DNA of 64,000 bases, from contig NIVC01001597.1 in the NCBI GenBank assembly GCA_002269645.1, positions 279,981 through 343,980 on the forward strand. Reading direction: 5' to 3'. Numbering within the stretch: the first letter of the stretch is position 1; each line of letters opens with the position of its first letter. This document shows positions 1 to 11,980 of the stretch, piece by piece. The DNA comes from Macrostomum lignano (taxonomy: Eukaryota). The notes under the pieces are model-generated. The model ran no database searches, had not been told where the DNA came from, and saw nothing but the letters and a program-made list of their open reading frames with translations. The position numbers and the translations under genes are program-made.

Positions 1-410
1 TGGCAACAGTAACCAAATGCTTCGTCTGGCTTCCTGCCTTGATGGTCATCAGCTTGCCGAGACAATTGGCTTATCTCCAAGCCATTGCGATCGTTCTCTT
101 CAGCCAGGCTTCAGAAAACTTGGTTTTGCGCTGAGCCTGAGTTGATGACGATGAACTTGAAGGCAAAGAAAAGCTCATGAATTTGCTTTTGGCTAAAATT
201 AGAAGCTTTTGAAAGCTTGAAGCATGCAATCTGAATTAAATACATGAGCGAGTACAAGTTAATCCTTTACATGTACGTTGTTGTTTCAACTACCGATTTT
301 TTAAAAGTCAATAATGAGCATGAAAGACAAGAAAAAAGGTCCATAGCTTCATTTTTGAGCGCAGAAATGACCTCGTAGTAGCGCAGTTGAGCAGAAAAAA
401 GTGGTCAAAC

Positions 411-529
411 TGCACCCAGGTGAACTGAAGCAATCCAGAGTTAAGTGTCTCGCTTAAGGACACAAATTGTTCCAAGTGGGTCGAGAATCGAACCCCTAAC
501 CATTCAGTTGTGAGCCTGACGCTCTAACC
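411..529 (-). mobile_element. tRNA-derived CORE-type SINE fragment
   Basis: Minus strand reads GGTTAGAGCGTC (A-box-like) ... GGTTCGATTC (B box), followed by GTGTCCTTAAGCGAGACACTTAACT, which resembles the CORE-SINE consensus (GTG.CCTTG.GCAAG.CACTTAAC). A degenerate second copy lies at 17321-17367. Confidence 0.6.
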
Positions 530-746
530 CCTCTTTAATGATTCTAATGATTCTTTCAAGAAACAACTCACTCCAGTCACTAGACTGTTCCTATTCACTA
601 GCCAGCACAATCTTTTGATCAGTAGTGCAGTAACTCTTTTCCCAGTGATTTATATACGTACCAATTGTGTCGAAACAATATACTGAATCATAATCCTATA
701 CTTAAATTTATATCCTATTTTCAGTTAAATTCCAACATTCAAAGAA

Positions 747-2153
747 ATGTCCAATCCAATTGTATATTTTGATATTGACATTGATGGCAAGCCAGCCGGC
801 CGCATAACATTTAAGCTCTATGCTGATATTGTGCCGAAAACTGCTGAGAATTTCCGCGCTCTCTGTACTGGGGAAAAGGGGATTGGTGAGTCAATGACCT
901 ACATTCCATATGAATGACCTATATGCCAGATGAATGACTCATATGACAGGTGAAAGACCCATATCTCAGGTGAAAGACCCATATCTCAGGTGGATGACCC
1001 ATATCTCAGGTGAATGACCCATATCTCAGGTGAATGATCCATATGACAGGTGAATGACCCATATCTCAGGTGAATGACCCATATCTCAGGTGAATGACCC
1101 ATATCTCAGGTGAACGACCCATATCTCAGGTGAATGAACGATATGATAGGTGAATGACCCATATGATAAGTGAATGATCCATATTACAGGTGAATGACCC
1201 GTATCTCGGGTGAATGACCCATATGACAGGTGAATGATCCATATCTCAGATAAATGACCCATATGTCAGGTGAATGACCCATGTCTCAGGTGAATGACCC
1301 ATATGACAGGTGAATGACCCATATCTCAGATAAATGACCCATATGTCAGGTGAATGACCCATATCTCAGGTGAATGACCCATATGACAGGTGAATGACCC
1401 ATATTTCAGATAAATGACCCATATGTCAGGTGAATGACCCATATCTCAGGTGAATGATCCATATGACAGGTGAATGACCCATATCTCAGGTGAATGACCC
1501 ATATGGCAGGTGAATGATCCATATCTCAGGTGAATGATCCATATGACAGGTGAATGACCCATATGACAGGTGAATGATCCATATGACAGGTGAATGACCC
1601 ATATGACAGGTGAATGACCCATATCTCAGGTGAATGATCCATATGACAGGTGAATGACCCATATGACAGGTGAATGACCCATATGACAGGTGAATGACCA
1701 TTCGCAATTCTCAAATGGCAGGCTGACAGCTGCTCACACTTAGCAGAAAATCAATCGCATTGAATCCCTTCAGGTGAAATCAGCGGCAAGCCGCTGCACT
1801 ACAAAAGCAGCAGCTTCCACCGGGTGATCCCGCAGTTCATGTGCCAGGGCGGCGACTTCACCCGCGGCAACGGCACCGGCGGCGAGTCCATCTACGGCGA
1901 GAAATTCCCCGACGAGAAATTCGCGATTAATCACAGCAAGCCGTTCCTGCTGTCTATGGCCAATGCCGGGCCGAACACGAACGGCAGCCAGTTCTTCATC
2001 ACTACTGTCAGTACTAGATGGCTGGATGGCAAGCACGTGGTATTTGGCGAAGTTGTCAGCGGTGAAGACGTGGTTAAACGCATGGAAAGTCTGGGGTCGG
2101 AGTCGGGTCGAACATCTGCCACGATTTTTATTGCTGACTGTGGACAGTTGTGA
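747..2153 (+). CDS. PPIA: Cyclophilin-type peptidyl-prolyl cis-trans isomerase (cyclophilin A-like, divergent-loop type), 172 aa, 2 exons
   Basis: Exon 1 747-885 ([46 protein letters not shown], donor G|GTGAGT); exon 2 1774-2153 (acceptor CCCTTCAG|) continues in frame as [29 protein letters not shown]...[14 protein letters not shown]...[16 protein letters not shown] at 2226. Confidence 0.95.
910..1700. repeat. 20-bp minisatellite (CAGGTGAATGACCCATATCT/GA) filling cyclophilin 1 intron
   Basis: About 40 tandem, slightly variant units read directly, all inside the 886-1773 intron. Confidence 0.97.
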
Positions 2154-2380
2154 CTGTTTTGTGCAGCTGTGTCTGTTACGATTTGTGAATATTTGCTTGT
2201 TTGAGTTAGGACTAGTAATAATGAAAATAAATCGGAATTATTCAATGTTTTGCATTTTGCGTTTTTTGAAAAACCAGAGTCCCGTTTCCTGATTGTTTTT
2301 TTATTTTTATCGTTAAACATTAAATGCAGAGATTCAGGAGTGTAGCTAGGGACCTTTTATATGGGGGCGTTAGCGAGGAG

Positions 2381-2766
2381 CGCCAGCACCAAGGGGCGCC
2401 AGCACCAAGGGGCACCAGCACCAAGGGGCGCCAGCACCAAGGGGCGCCAGCACCAAGGGGCGCCAGCACCAAGGGCGCCAGCACCAAGGGGCGCCAGCAC
2501 CAAAGGGCGCCAGCACCAAATGGGGCGCCAGCACCAAAGCGCGCCAGCACCAAATGGGGCACCAGCACCAGGGGGCGCCAGCACCAAGGGGCGCCAGCAC
2601 CAAATGGGGCGCCAGCACCAAATGGGGCGCCAGCACCAAGGGGCGTCAGCACCAAGGGACGCCAGCACCAAATGGGGCGCCAGCACCAAAGCGCGCCAGC
2701 ACCAAATGGGGCGCCAGCACCAAAGCGCGCCAGCACCAAATGGGGCGCCAGCACCAGGGGGCGCTA
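2381..2766. repeat. GC-rich minisatellite (GGGGCGCCAGCACCAA, 16-19 bp variants)
   Basis: Tandem units read directly. It generates the low-complexity ORFs at 2320-2810. Confidence 0.95.
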
Positions 2767-2914
2767 GCAGATTTAGAGACAACTTTAGCAACCATTTTTG
2801 CCTATACTAGCATATCTGCCCAAGCAGAAAATATTTTAAGCATATATGATAAGATTTCTATAGTTTGTTGAAATGAATCAGAAATCGTTAAAAAAGTATT
2901 GTTAATTATTGCAG

Positions 2915-4534
2915 GCCCTACCGTTTCGTTTGCTAAGCACCGCGGCCAATAAGGCTGGGCGGCCGCAGGTGTTCTTTGATGTTGCCGCCGATGGCAAATC
3001 GCTTGGCCGGGTTATTTTTAGTCTCTATTACGACAAGGTGCCGAAAACGGCCGAGAATTTTAGGGCACTGTGCGCTGGCGACAAGGGTGTTGGTAAGTGC
3101 TCATGTATCATGGAATGGATTGGTTCTGGGTGGTGACTGAGGCATCTGGGTGGTGACTGAGGCATCTGGATGGTGACTGAGGCATCAGGTTGGTGACTGA
3201 GGCATCAAGTTAGTGACTGAGGCATCTGGGTGGTGACTGAGGCATCTGGGTGGTGACTGAGGCATCAAGTTAGTGACTGAGGCATCTGGGTGGTGACTGA
3301 GGCATCTGGGTGGTGACTGATGTATCTGGGTGGTGACTGAGGCATCAGGTTGGTGACTGAGGCATCAAGTTAGTGACTGAGGCATCTGGGTGGTGACTGA
3401 GGCATCTGGGTGGTGACTGAGGCATCTGGGTGGTGACTGATGTATCTGGGTGGTGACTGAGGCATCAAGTTAGTGACTGAGGCATCTGGGTGGTGACTGA
3501 GGCATCTGGGTGGTGACTGAGGCATCAGGTGGGTGACTGAGGCATCAGGTTGGTGACTGAGGCATCAGGTGGGTGACTGAGGCATCAGGTTGGTGACTGA
3601 GGCATCAGGTGGGTGACTGAGGCATCAGGTGGGTGACTGAGGCATCAGGTGGGTGACTGAGGTATCAGGTTGGTGACTGAGGCATCTGGGTGGTGACTGA
3701 TGCATCAAGTTAGTGACTGAGGCATCTGGGTGGTGACTGAGGCATCTGGGTGGTGACTGATGTATCTGGGTGGTGACTGAGGCATCAGGTTGGTGACTGA
3801 GGCATCAAGTTAGTGACTGAGGCATCTGGGTGGTGACTGAAGCATCAGGTTGGTGACTGAAGCATCAGGTTGGTGACTGAGGCATCTGGGTGGTGACTGA
3901 GGCATCTGGGTGGTGACTGAGGCATCTGGGTGGTGACTGAGGCATCAAGTTAGTGACTGAGGCATCTGGGTGGTGACTGAGGCATCTGGGTGGTGACTGA
4001 GGCATCAGGTTGTGACTGATGCATATGAGTTGTGACTGAGGCATTAGTTTGTGACTGAGGCATCAGTTTGTGACTGAGGCATCAGTTTGTGACTGATGCA
4101 TATGAGTTGTGACAGAAGTTTCTATTCTAAAAGAAGTTTCTCTTCAACCTTCAACAGGAAAGAGCGGCATGCCGCTGCACTACAAAAGCAGCAGCTTCCA
4201 CCGGGTGATCCCGCAGTTCATGTGCCAGGGCGGCGACTTCACCCGCGGCAACGGCACCGGCGGCGAGTCCATCTACGGCGAGAAATTCCCCGACGAGAAT
4301 TTCTCCGTCCGTCACAGCAAGCCGTTCCTGCTGTCTATGGCCAATGCCGGGCCGAACACGAACGGCAGCCAGTTCTTCATCACTACAGAGAAGACTCCAT
4401 GGCTGGACGGCAAGCACGTGGTGTTTGGCGAGGTTGCCACAGGCGAAGACGTGGTTAAGGCTATTGAGAAGCTCGGTTCTCAGTCTGGTCGACCGGCTAA
4501 GAAAGTCACGATTGAGGACTGCGGCGAAGTGTAA
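2915..4534 (+). CDS. Cyclophilin 2, probable mitochondrial (CypD/PPIF-like) form with N-terminal extension; start codon not encoded locally
   Basis: Acceptor ATTATTGCAG|GCC at 2914/2915. Exon 2915-3092 encodes [23 protein letters not shown]...[17 protein letters not shown] (donor G|GTAAGT). Exon 4158-4534 (acceptor TTCAACAG|) encodes [21 protein letters not shown]...EDCGEV. The intron is at the same position and phase as in cyclophilin 1. Confidence 0.9.
3126..4111. repeat. 20-bp minisatellite (TGGGTGGTGACTGAGGCATC) filling cyclophilin 2 intron
   Basis: About 49 tandem units inside the 3093-4157 intron. Confidence 0.97.
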
Positions 4535-4896
4535 AACAATGCCAGTTATCATTTTGCTGTTGCTTAAACACTGAGTTTAGACAAAATATACATCTAAGAC
4601 AGCAAGCTATCTGTTTTTGGAAATCATGTTTGTTAAAAAAATTAATCATGTTAATTTAATTCTGCTTTAAAAAGTTTTGTCTTTAGTATTTAAGGATAAA
4701 AGTGGACAGAGTTATAATTTACAAGTTATAAGAGGGACAGTTTAACATTATTCGTTTATCACTACGTGGAGTCTGCAGAAAGGTTGTGATACTCTTGTCT
4801 ATAGATTCTGAACACATGCCCGAAATTCAACTATTTTTGGGAAGTCATTGGGAAACGGAAAGTTTCATTTTTATTCGACTAGAAAGGGATTGTCTG

Positions 4897-5988
4897 TCTG
4901 CGGCGCTAAAATAAGTGCCTGCGGCGCCAAAATGAGTGCCTGTGGTGCCAAAATGAGTGGCTGAGGCGGCAAAATGAGTGCCTGTGGTGCCAAAATGAGT
5001 GCCTGTGGTGCCAAAATGAGTGGCTGAGGCGGCAAAATGAGTGCCTGTGGTGCCAAAATGAGTGCCTGTCTGCGGCGCCAAAATGAGTGCCTGTGGTGCC
5101 AAAATGAGTGCCTGTCTGCGGCGCCAAAATGAGTGCCTGTGGTGCCAAAATGAGTGCCTGTCTGCGGCGCCAAAATGAGTGCCTGTGGTGCCAAAATGAG
5201 TGCCTGTCTGCGGCGCCAAAATGAGTGCCTGTGGTGCCAAAATGAGTGCCTGTCTGCGGCGCCAAAATGAGTGCCTGTGGTGCCAAAATGAGTGCCTGTC
5301 TGCGGCGCCAAAATGAGTGCCTGCGGCGCCAAAAGAGTGCCTGCGGCGCTAAAATGAGTGCCTGTCTGCGGCGCCAAATGAGTGCCTGCAGCGCCAAAAT
5401 GGGTGCCTGCGGCGCCAAAATGAGTGCCTGTGGTGCCAAAATGAGTGCCTGTCTGCGGCGCCAAAAGAGTGCCTGCGGCGCCAAAATGAGTGCCTGTGGT
5501 GCCAAAATGAGTGCCTGTCTGCGGCGCCAAAATGAGTGCCTGCGGCGCCAAAATGAGTGCCTGTGGTGCCAAAATGAGTGCCTGTCTGCGGCGCCAAAAT
5601 GAGTGCCTGCGGCGCCAAAAGAGTGCCTGCGGCGCCAAAATGAGTGCCTGCGGCGCCAAAAGAGTGCCTGCGGCGCCAAAATGAGTGCCTGTCTGCGGCG
5701 CCAAAAGAGTGCCTGTGGCGCCAAAATGAGTGCCTGCGGCGCCAAAAGAGTGCCTGCGGCGCCAAAATGAGTGCCTGTCTGCGGCGCCAAAAGAGTGCCT
5801 GTGGCGCCAAAATGAGTGCCTGCAGCGCCAAAATGAGTGCCTGCAGCGCCAAAAGAGTGCCTGCGGCGCCAAAATGAGTGCCTGCGGCGCCAAAAGAGTG
5901 CCTGCGGCGCCAAAATGAGTGCCTGTCTGCGGCGCCAAAAGAGTGCCTGTGGCGCCAAAATGAGTGCCTGCAGCGCCAAAATGAGTGC
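4897..5988. repeat. 20/24-bp minisatellite (GGCGCCAAAATGAGTGCCTG[TCTG]C)
   Basis: Tandem units read directly. It is the source of the repetitive ORFs at 4845-6063. Confidence 0.97.
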
Positions 5989-6920
5989 TATGTGCATTTA
6001 GGAATTTTAGAAATCATGTACATGTACTGTAGGATTCTTAGCTTTATCCCTCCCCCACTATAAAATCTATGGCGACGCCCCTGGGTTGTATATCAGAGAG
6101 GATTTCTATAGCAGAAATTTGTAAAAGACCTTGAGATGAAATTTTGCAGGTGTGCAAGCTACGAGCGTGTATTATGTAAATTATTAATTCATGTACACTA
6201 CATGAAGCTACAATTGTACATGGAGTCTGTGTATACAGAAGTGGTTGCGGGCTTGTATCTATTGGCCCACACGACTTCAAATACACGGCTAAAACTCAGA
6301 TTGCATCGATGGGGAAAAGAGAGAAAAAGCAGAAGAAAGAGCAGGTTGATGAGGTGGGGAGATTTGTACAATGAGCAGGTATAGCTGACTGCGCGGAGCG
6401 AGCGTACATTCTATAGGGAAGAATGTAGATTTGGGAGGAGATGACTGGAGAGGGATTATATAATAGCCCAAAGCGAGAGAGCAGCCCAAAGGACAGACAG
6501 GGACACAATTGGCTGGAAAGCAAACTAATTGTACTTGCAACGCTGTAAAGTTAGCTGTAAAAAGGCTGCGTTGCATTAATGACTCATGCAGCGCTTCTAC
6601 GAAAGAATCCACATCAACTAGCTAGCGTATTAAGTAACTAGAGCTCAAAGGCTATACCTTTGTGCCTGCAGTCGGATTCAGTTGTTCACATTGAACGCAC
6701 ATTGGGCTAGTACAGGCTGAATAAATAGTACTCAGCAGAAGCAGAAACGACTGTATTGTCTTTCCTGCAGCTCTATTTATTTGCACAGAAGAAATAATTA
6801 TAAAACTTAGAGGCAGAGAGAGACGACTCACTAAATATACACCCGAATAAGATAGATAGAACCGCGTGGACTCAAACAGACAGTAAGTCCTTGCGATAGC
6901 ACAATAGAATAATACATGCA

Positions 6921-9046
6921 ATGCGATTAAAACTACCGTATTATCCGCTGCTAGCGGCTCTGGCAGCTGGCTGGCTCATGGGTGCCCTGACTGTGCTGCT
7001 GCTACTGACTGAACGCGAGGTTGACCTGGTGCCACCTATGCCTGACGACGAGGCGGTCTGGCCCAGTCCAGCTATCGATCCCGGGAATTTCAACTGCAAC
7101 AACCGGCGCCCGAGGCCGCTGCAACCAACTGGCGACTTTGCCGCAGCGATGGCCTGGCAACGGATGCGTCAGAACGACTCGATTTACTATTTCGAGCGAC
7201 CGGGCAAGCTGCTGCCGATGCTGCGCCCGCTGTCCGAGAAGGAGGCCTCGGCCACCTACAGGGCCTCCGTGGCCAGGTCTTGGCTCGGCACCCAGACACT
7301 GGTGATCGCGGCCACTGTGAGAAATGGCATGCCTAACTTGGAGAACAGTTTGCAGAATATTGGCCGACTGCGGACTCTGTTCAGGCAGAGCTGGGTGCTG
7401 CTAGTTGAGAACGACTCTGATGATGGCACTAGAGAGAGGCTGCTGCGGCTGGCCAGGCTCGATCCCCGAGTCCGCGTGCTCGGTTGTGGCCAGCCTAACA
7501 GCAAATCGCCATGCCGAATGAACCAGAGATACCACAGCGGCTCGGCGCACAGGCCCGGCTCCAATATGGAGAGGACAATTGAGGAAGAGGTGCTCTTCGC
7601 CTTGCCGCATCTTTTATCCCGTAGGGAAAGGGTTGGTGATAAAAGATTCTGGGGTTTTTCACTCTAGAGGATGTTGAGGTCGGTCTCTTGATGCTATGGT
7701 GTCTAGAGTGATGCTATTGGTGTCTAGAGTGATGCTATAGTGTCTAGAGTGATGCTATGGTGTCTAGAGTGATGCTATTGGTGTCTAGAGTGATGCTATA
7801 GTGTCTAGAGTGATGCTATGGTGTCTAGAGTGATGCTATTGGTGTCTAGAGTGATGCTATAGTGTCTAGAGTGATGCTATGGTGTCTAGAGTGGTGCTAT
7901 TGGTGTCTAGAGTGATGCTATGGTGTCTAGAGTGATGCTATTGGTGTCTAGAGTGATGCTATGGTGTCTAGAGTGATGCTATGGTGTCTAGAGTGATGCT
8001 ATTGGTTTCTAGAGTGATGCTATGGTGTCTAGAGGGATGCTATGGTGTCTAGAGTGGTGCTATTGGTGTCTAGAGTGATGCTATGGTGTCTAGAGTGATG
8101 CTATGGTGTCTAGAGTGATGCTATTGGTGTCTAGAGTGATGCTATGGTGTCTAGAGTGATGCTATGGTGTCTAGAGTGATGCTATGGTGTCTAGAGTGGT
8201 GCTATTGGTGTCTAGAGTGATGCTATGGTGTCTAGAGTGATGCTATGGTGTCTAGAGTGGTGCTATTGGTGTCTAGAGTGATGCTATGGTGTCTAGAGTG
8301 ATACTATTGGTGTCTAGAGTGATGATTCACGGTCTCTAAAAAGTTGATGTCTATAAAGGGATGCTAGGGTCTTTAGTTTAGAGTTTGATAGGGTCTCTGG
8401 AGGGATGCTAGGGTCTCCAAGCGATGCTAAGAGGGTCTTTAAATCTCTAAAACTGTACATGTATTACAGAGGTAAGAATTTTTGTATCCCGGTTTAGATC
8501 GATCGCGGCCTGATCATGTCCGTCCTGCGCAACGAGTACCTGAACCACGCGTACAAACACCTGGGCAGCAGTGCTGACTTTCTATTGATAATCGATCCAG
8601 ATTTAGCCTGGCACAGCTGGAACCTCAACAGCATTCTGCAAGGTCTGTACTACTTCAAGACGCGGCCGAAGCTGCAGCAGATGTGCGCTAGCACAGTCAG
8701 CTTATACGATGGCAAACTGTACGACCCTTGCACGATTAACTTCTACAACAACAAGCGCTACGGCGAGGACACAAAGTATCCCTACGTAGACATCGAAAAG
8801 TCCATCTTAAAAGGGCCAAGGGACCTGCCACCAGTCAAGGCTGAGAGCTGTTTTCAAGCGTTCTCGTTCTACCGATTCTCTGTGCTGCAATCGCGGAGGC
8901 TGCAATACGAGAGGAGCCACGGCGAGTGGATGTGCGAGCACAACACCCTGTCCAGGCAACTGGACGAGGTGTACCTGGACCCGCAGATGCGACTTGGAGT
9001 GTCGGACAGTGCGAATTACTATGTCTTAAACAGGAATCTGTTTTAA
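6921..9046 (+). CDS. Type II membrane GT-A fold glycosyltransferase (CAP59/GT69- or GT2-like), about 405 aa, 2 exons
   Basis: N-terminal TM helix (YYPLLAALAAGWLMGALTVLLLL), proline-rich stem, LVIAATVRN and VLLVENDSDDGT motifs in exon 6921-7589. Exon 8498-9046 (acceptor GGTTTAG|ATC, phase 0) gives IDRGLIMSVLRNEYL...FLLIIDPDL (DxD). The donor GAG|GTGCTC is weak, so the exact junction is less certain. Confidence 0.75.
7693..8325. repeat. 20/21-bp minisatellite (GTGTCTAGAGTGATGCTAT[T]G) in glycosyltransferase intron
   Basis: About 30 tandem units read directly. Confidence 0.97.
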
Positions 9047-10301
9047 AGCAGATCGACTTTTCAATTTCCAGTTTTATTTAGTACCAAATTAAAAAAATAT
9101 TGGGCTCTGTCCAATGGTCCAAAGGAATTTAAGCGTCACTGAAAGAAATTTGTGTCTGGTCTGTACCTACCCACAGAATATTAAAAATAGACAAAGTAAC
9201 CTGTTGTAAGCTGAGAGTGACTGAGTGAGTGGCCCCTGATTGACTCCCTTCTTTTCTCTTCCTTCCTCTCTTTCCTTCTTTCTTCCTTCTCTCCACTTAT
9301 CATATTTCTCTCTCACCTGGCCCGTAGCCATTAGCTGGATTATTTATTTGGCCCTTGAAGTAAACATTTTGCCGAGCCCAGGCTTAAGTACATGTAAGGC
9401 GTAGTTCTGTTCCCTTTAGACACAGGCAGTCAAGGCAATTTGTCCGTCTTTTAATGAGCGACAAATGCAAAATATATTGTAAAATGATTAATCAATTCAA
9501 AGGAATCAAAAGTTCGAGAACTAGGATTCGCGTCATGCCACGGCTAACAATTGTGCTTGACACGCTTGCTTCATTTAGAATTTGAAGTAACTTGCACTGA
9601 ATGTAACTCGTGTAGCTATATTTGTTATTGTAAATCTCTGCTTTTAATGCGCACTGCCCTATTTGAGAACGCAATGCTTCCTTGAGGAAATCTGTATCAA
9701 AACATTGAAGTAACTGGTAAGACTGCTATTTAATTTTTTGAGTTTCAATACTCACAATAAATTAATATTGATGGCTATTAGAAGTTTGAATTTAATAAGA
9801 CAGGCCATGTGAATACATTGCTAATAATAAACTGTATATAGTGCAAAACAAATGATAATAACAATATGCAGACACCGCAAAGCAAAAAAGCAGCACATGA
9901 TGAGCAGCAGTTTTAACAACTTGAAGTACTACTTAATAAAAAAGCAAAGCTCAATAAAGCATATCATAGAATAAAGATTAATTATTGCACCAACCACAGA
10001 TGCTAGAATACCTAAATGTCACTCAAAAAATGCGCTAATCTAGTCTTTGTTTCAATAGCAACAATCTACTATGGCTTTCTACAAGCAGACGCATTAAATT
10101 AGCGTCATTCATCTTGCTTTACCCACTCTAGGCTGCATTAGGCTCGAAATTATTTAATCAGAAATCAATTAAGGACTGAAGATTGGGCCTAGCTATCAAG
10201 AAAAAGGGGGTGGCGCTTGAGACACCAGCCAGACCGATAAATAATTGGGATTTTCTCTTGCAAGCGTGTCTGACATTGACCTCTTTTCTTACAGCTATCT
10301 T

Positions 10302-10565
10302 ATTGGCTGAGCTAGATTGGGCCAGCCCCTAGACTGAGTTTCGTCCGTCTTGACTTCCCCTCTCTCCTTACTGCTCTCTCATTGGCTGAGCTAGATTGGG
10401 CCTGCCCCCCTAGGCTGAGTTTCGTTCGTCTTGACTTTCCTCTCTCTCCTAACTGCTCTCATTGGCTGAGCCAGATTGGGCCTGCCCCCTAGACTGAGTT
10501 TCGTCCGTCTTGACTTCTCCTCTCTCCTTACTGCTCTCTCATTGGCTGAGCTAGATTGGGCCTGC
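10302..10565. repeat. About 80-bp tandem repeat, 3.3 copies
   Basis: ATTGGCTGAGCTAGATTGGGCC recurs at 10302, 10381, 10461 and 10541. Confidence 0.9.
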
Positions 10566-11086
10566 CAAAGCCTGAGACCACAAATCCGAAAGGAAAGATT
10601 TCTAGCTGACACATTGAATTTCTGCGCAGATAGACTACTGAAAAAGAGTAGACGCTCAAATTTTTACCAGATTAAATTGCGAGTGACCATATCCAGTTTA
10701 TTCTGGTTTCTGTGACACCAAAGGAAGTACTTAATAAAGACAGGCGAAAATCAGCTATCAATAAAAAGTACATACAAAAAGAGGCAATACAACAATATGT
10801 TGAAAATTTTTCGCCTAATTCTTATTTAATGAAAATTATAAAGTGTCAAAAACTGCAAAACTATATTTATTATTATTACAAGGATGAGATTAAAAGCAGG
10901 CTGACAGCGACTGAAAAAATTAAATAAATAAACTAACACCGAGATTAAGGTAGGTTGAAGACAAGGACATGAACTATTAAGTGTAAATAAATAAGTCTAA
11001 TATAATCTGATCTGTATATTAGACATAAGTTTCTAGGGCATAGTGGATTTGGAGGCAAATATGATGGGGGATTAATGGGGCGGGTG

Positions 11087-11980
11087 GATCAGATGGTGGA
11101 TTAAAGGAGGGGCGGATCAGATGGTGGATTAAAGGAGGGGCGGATCAGATGGTGGATTAAAGGAGGGGCGGATCAGATGATGGATTAAAGGGGGGCAGAT
11201 CAGATGGTGGATTAAAGGGGGGCAGATCAGATGGTGGATTAAAGGGGGGCGGATCAGATGGTGAATTAAAGGGGGGCGGATCAGATGATGGATTAAAGGG
11301 GGCGGATCAGATGGTGGATTGAAGGGGGACGGATAAGATGGTGGATTAAAGGGGGGCGGATCAGGTGGTGGATTAAAGGGGGGCGGATCAGATGGTGGAT
11401 TAAAGGGGGCGGATCACATGGTGGATTAAAGGGGGGCGGATAAGATGGTGGATTAAAGGGGGGCGGATCAGATGGTGGATTAAAGGGGGGCGGATAAGAT
11501 GGTGGATTAAAGGGGGGCAGATCAGATGGTGGATTAAAGGGGGGCGGATTAGATGGTGATTGGTGGATTAAAGGGGCGGATCAGATGGTGGATTAAAGGG
11601 GGCGGATCAGATGGTGGATTAAAGGGGGCGGATCAGATGGTGGATTAAGGGGGGGCGGATAAGATGGTGGATTAAAGGGGGGCGGATCAGGTGGTGGATT
11701 AAAGGGGGCGGATCAGGTGGTGGATTAAAGGGGGCGGATCAGGTGGTGGATTAAAGGGGGGCGGATCAGATGGTGGATTAAAGGGGGCGGATCAGATGGT
11801 GGATTAAGGGGGGGGCGGATAAGATGGTGGATTAAAGGGGGGCGGATCAGGTGGTGGATTAAAGGGGGCGGATCAGATGGTGGATTAAAGGGGGGCGGAT
11901 CAGATGATGGATTAAAGGGGGCGGATCAGATGGTGGATTAAAGGGAGCAGATCAGATGGTGGATTAAAGGAGGGCGGATC
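11087..11980. repeat. G-rich 27-28 bp minisatellite (GCGGATCAGATGGTGGATTAAAGGGGG)
   Basis: About 32 tandem units read directly. Confidence 0.97.

Noticed and set aside
1-190. Possible minus-strand exon of a neighbouring gene, divergent from cyclophilin 1
   Set aside because: All three frames contain stops or are too short, it is cut by the window edge, and no motif is recognisable.
2320-6063. Long repetitive ORFs (GAPAP, LILAPQ, WRRRHSF types)
   Set aside because: Translations of minisatellites that are open in several frames on both strands.
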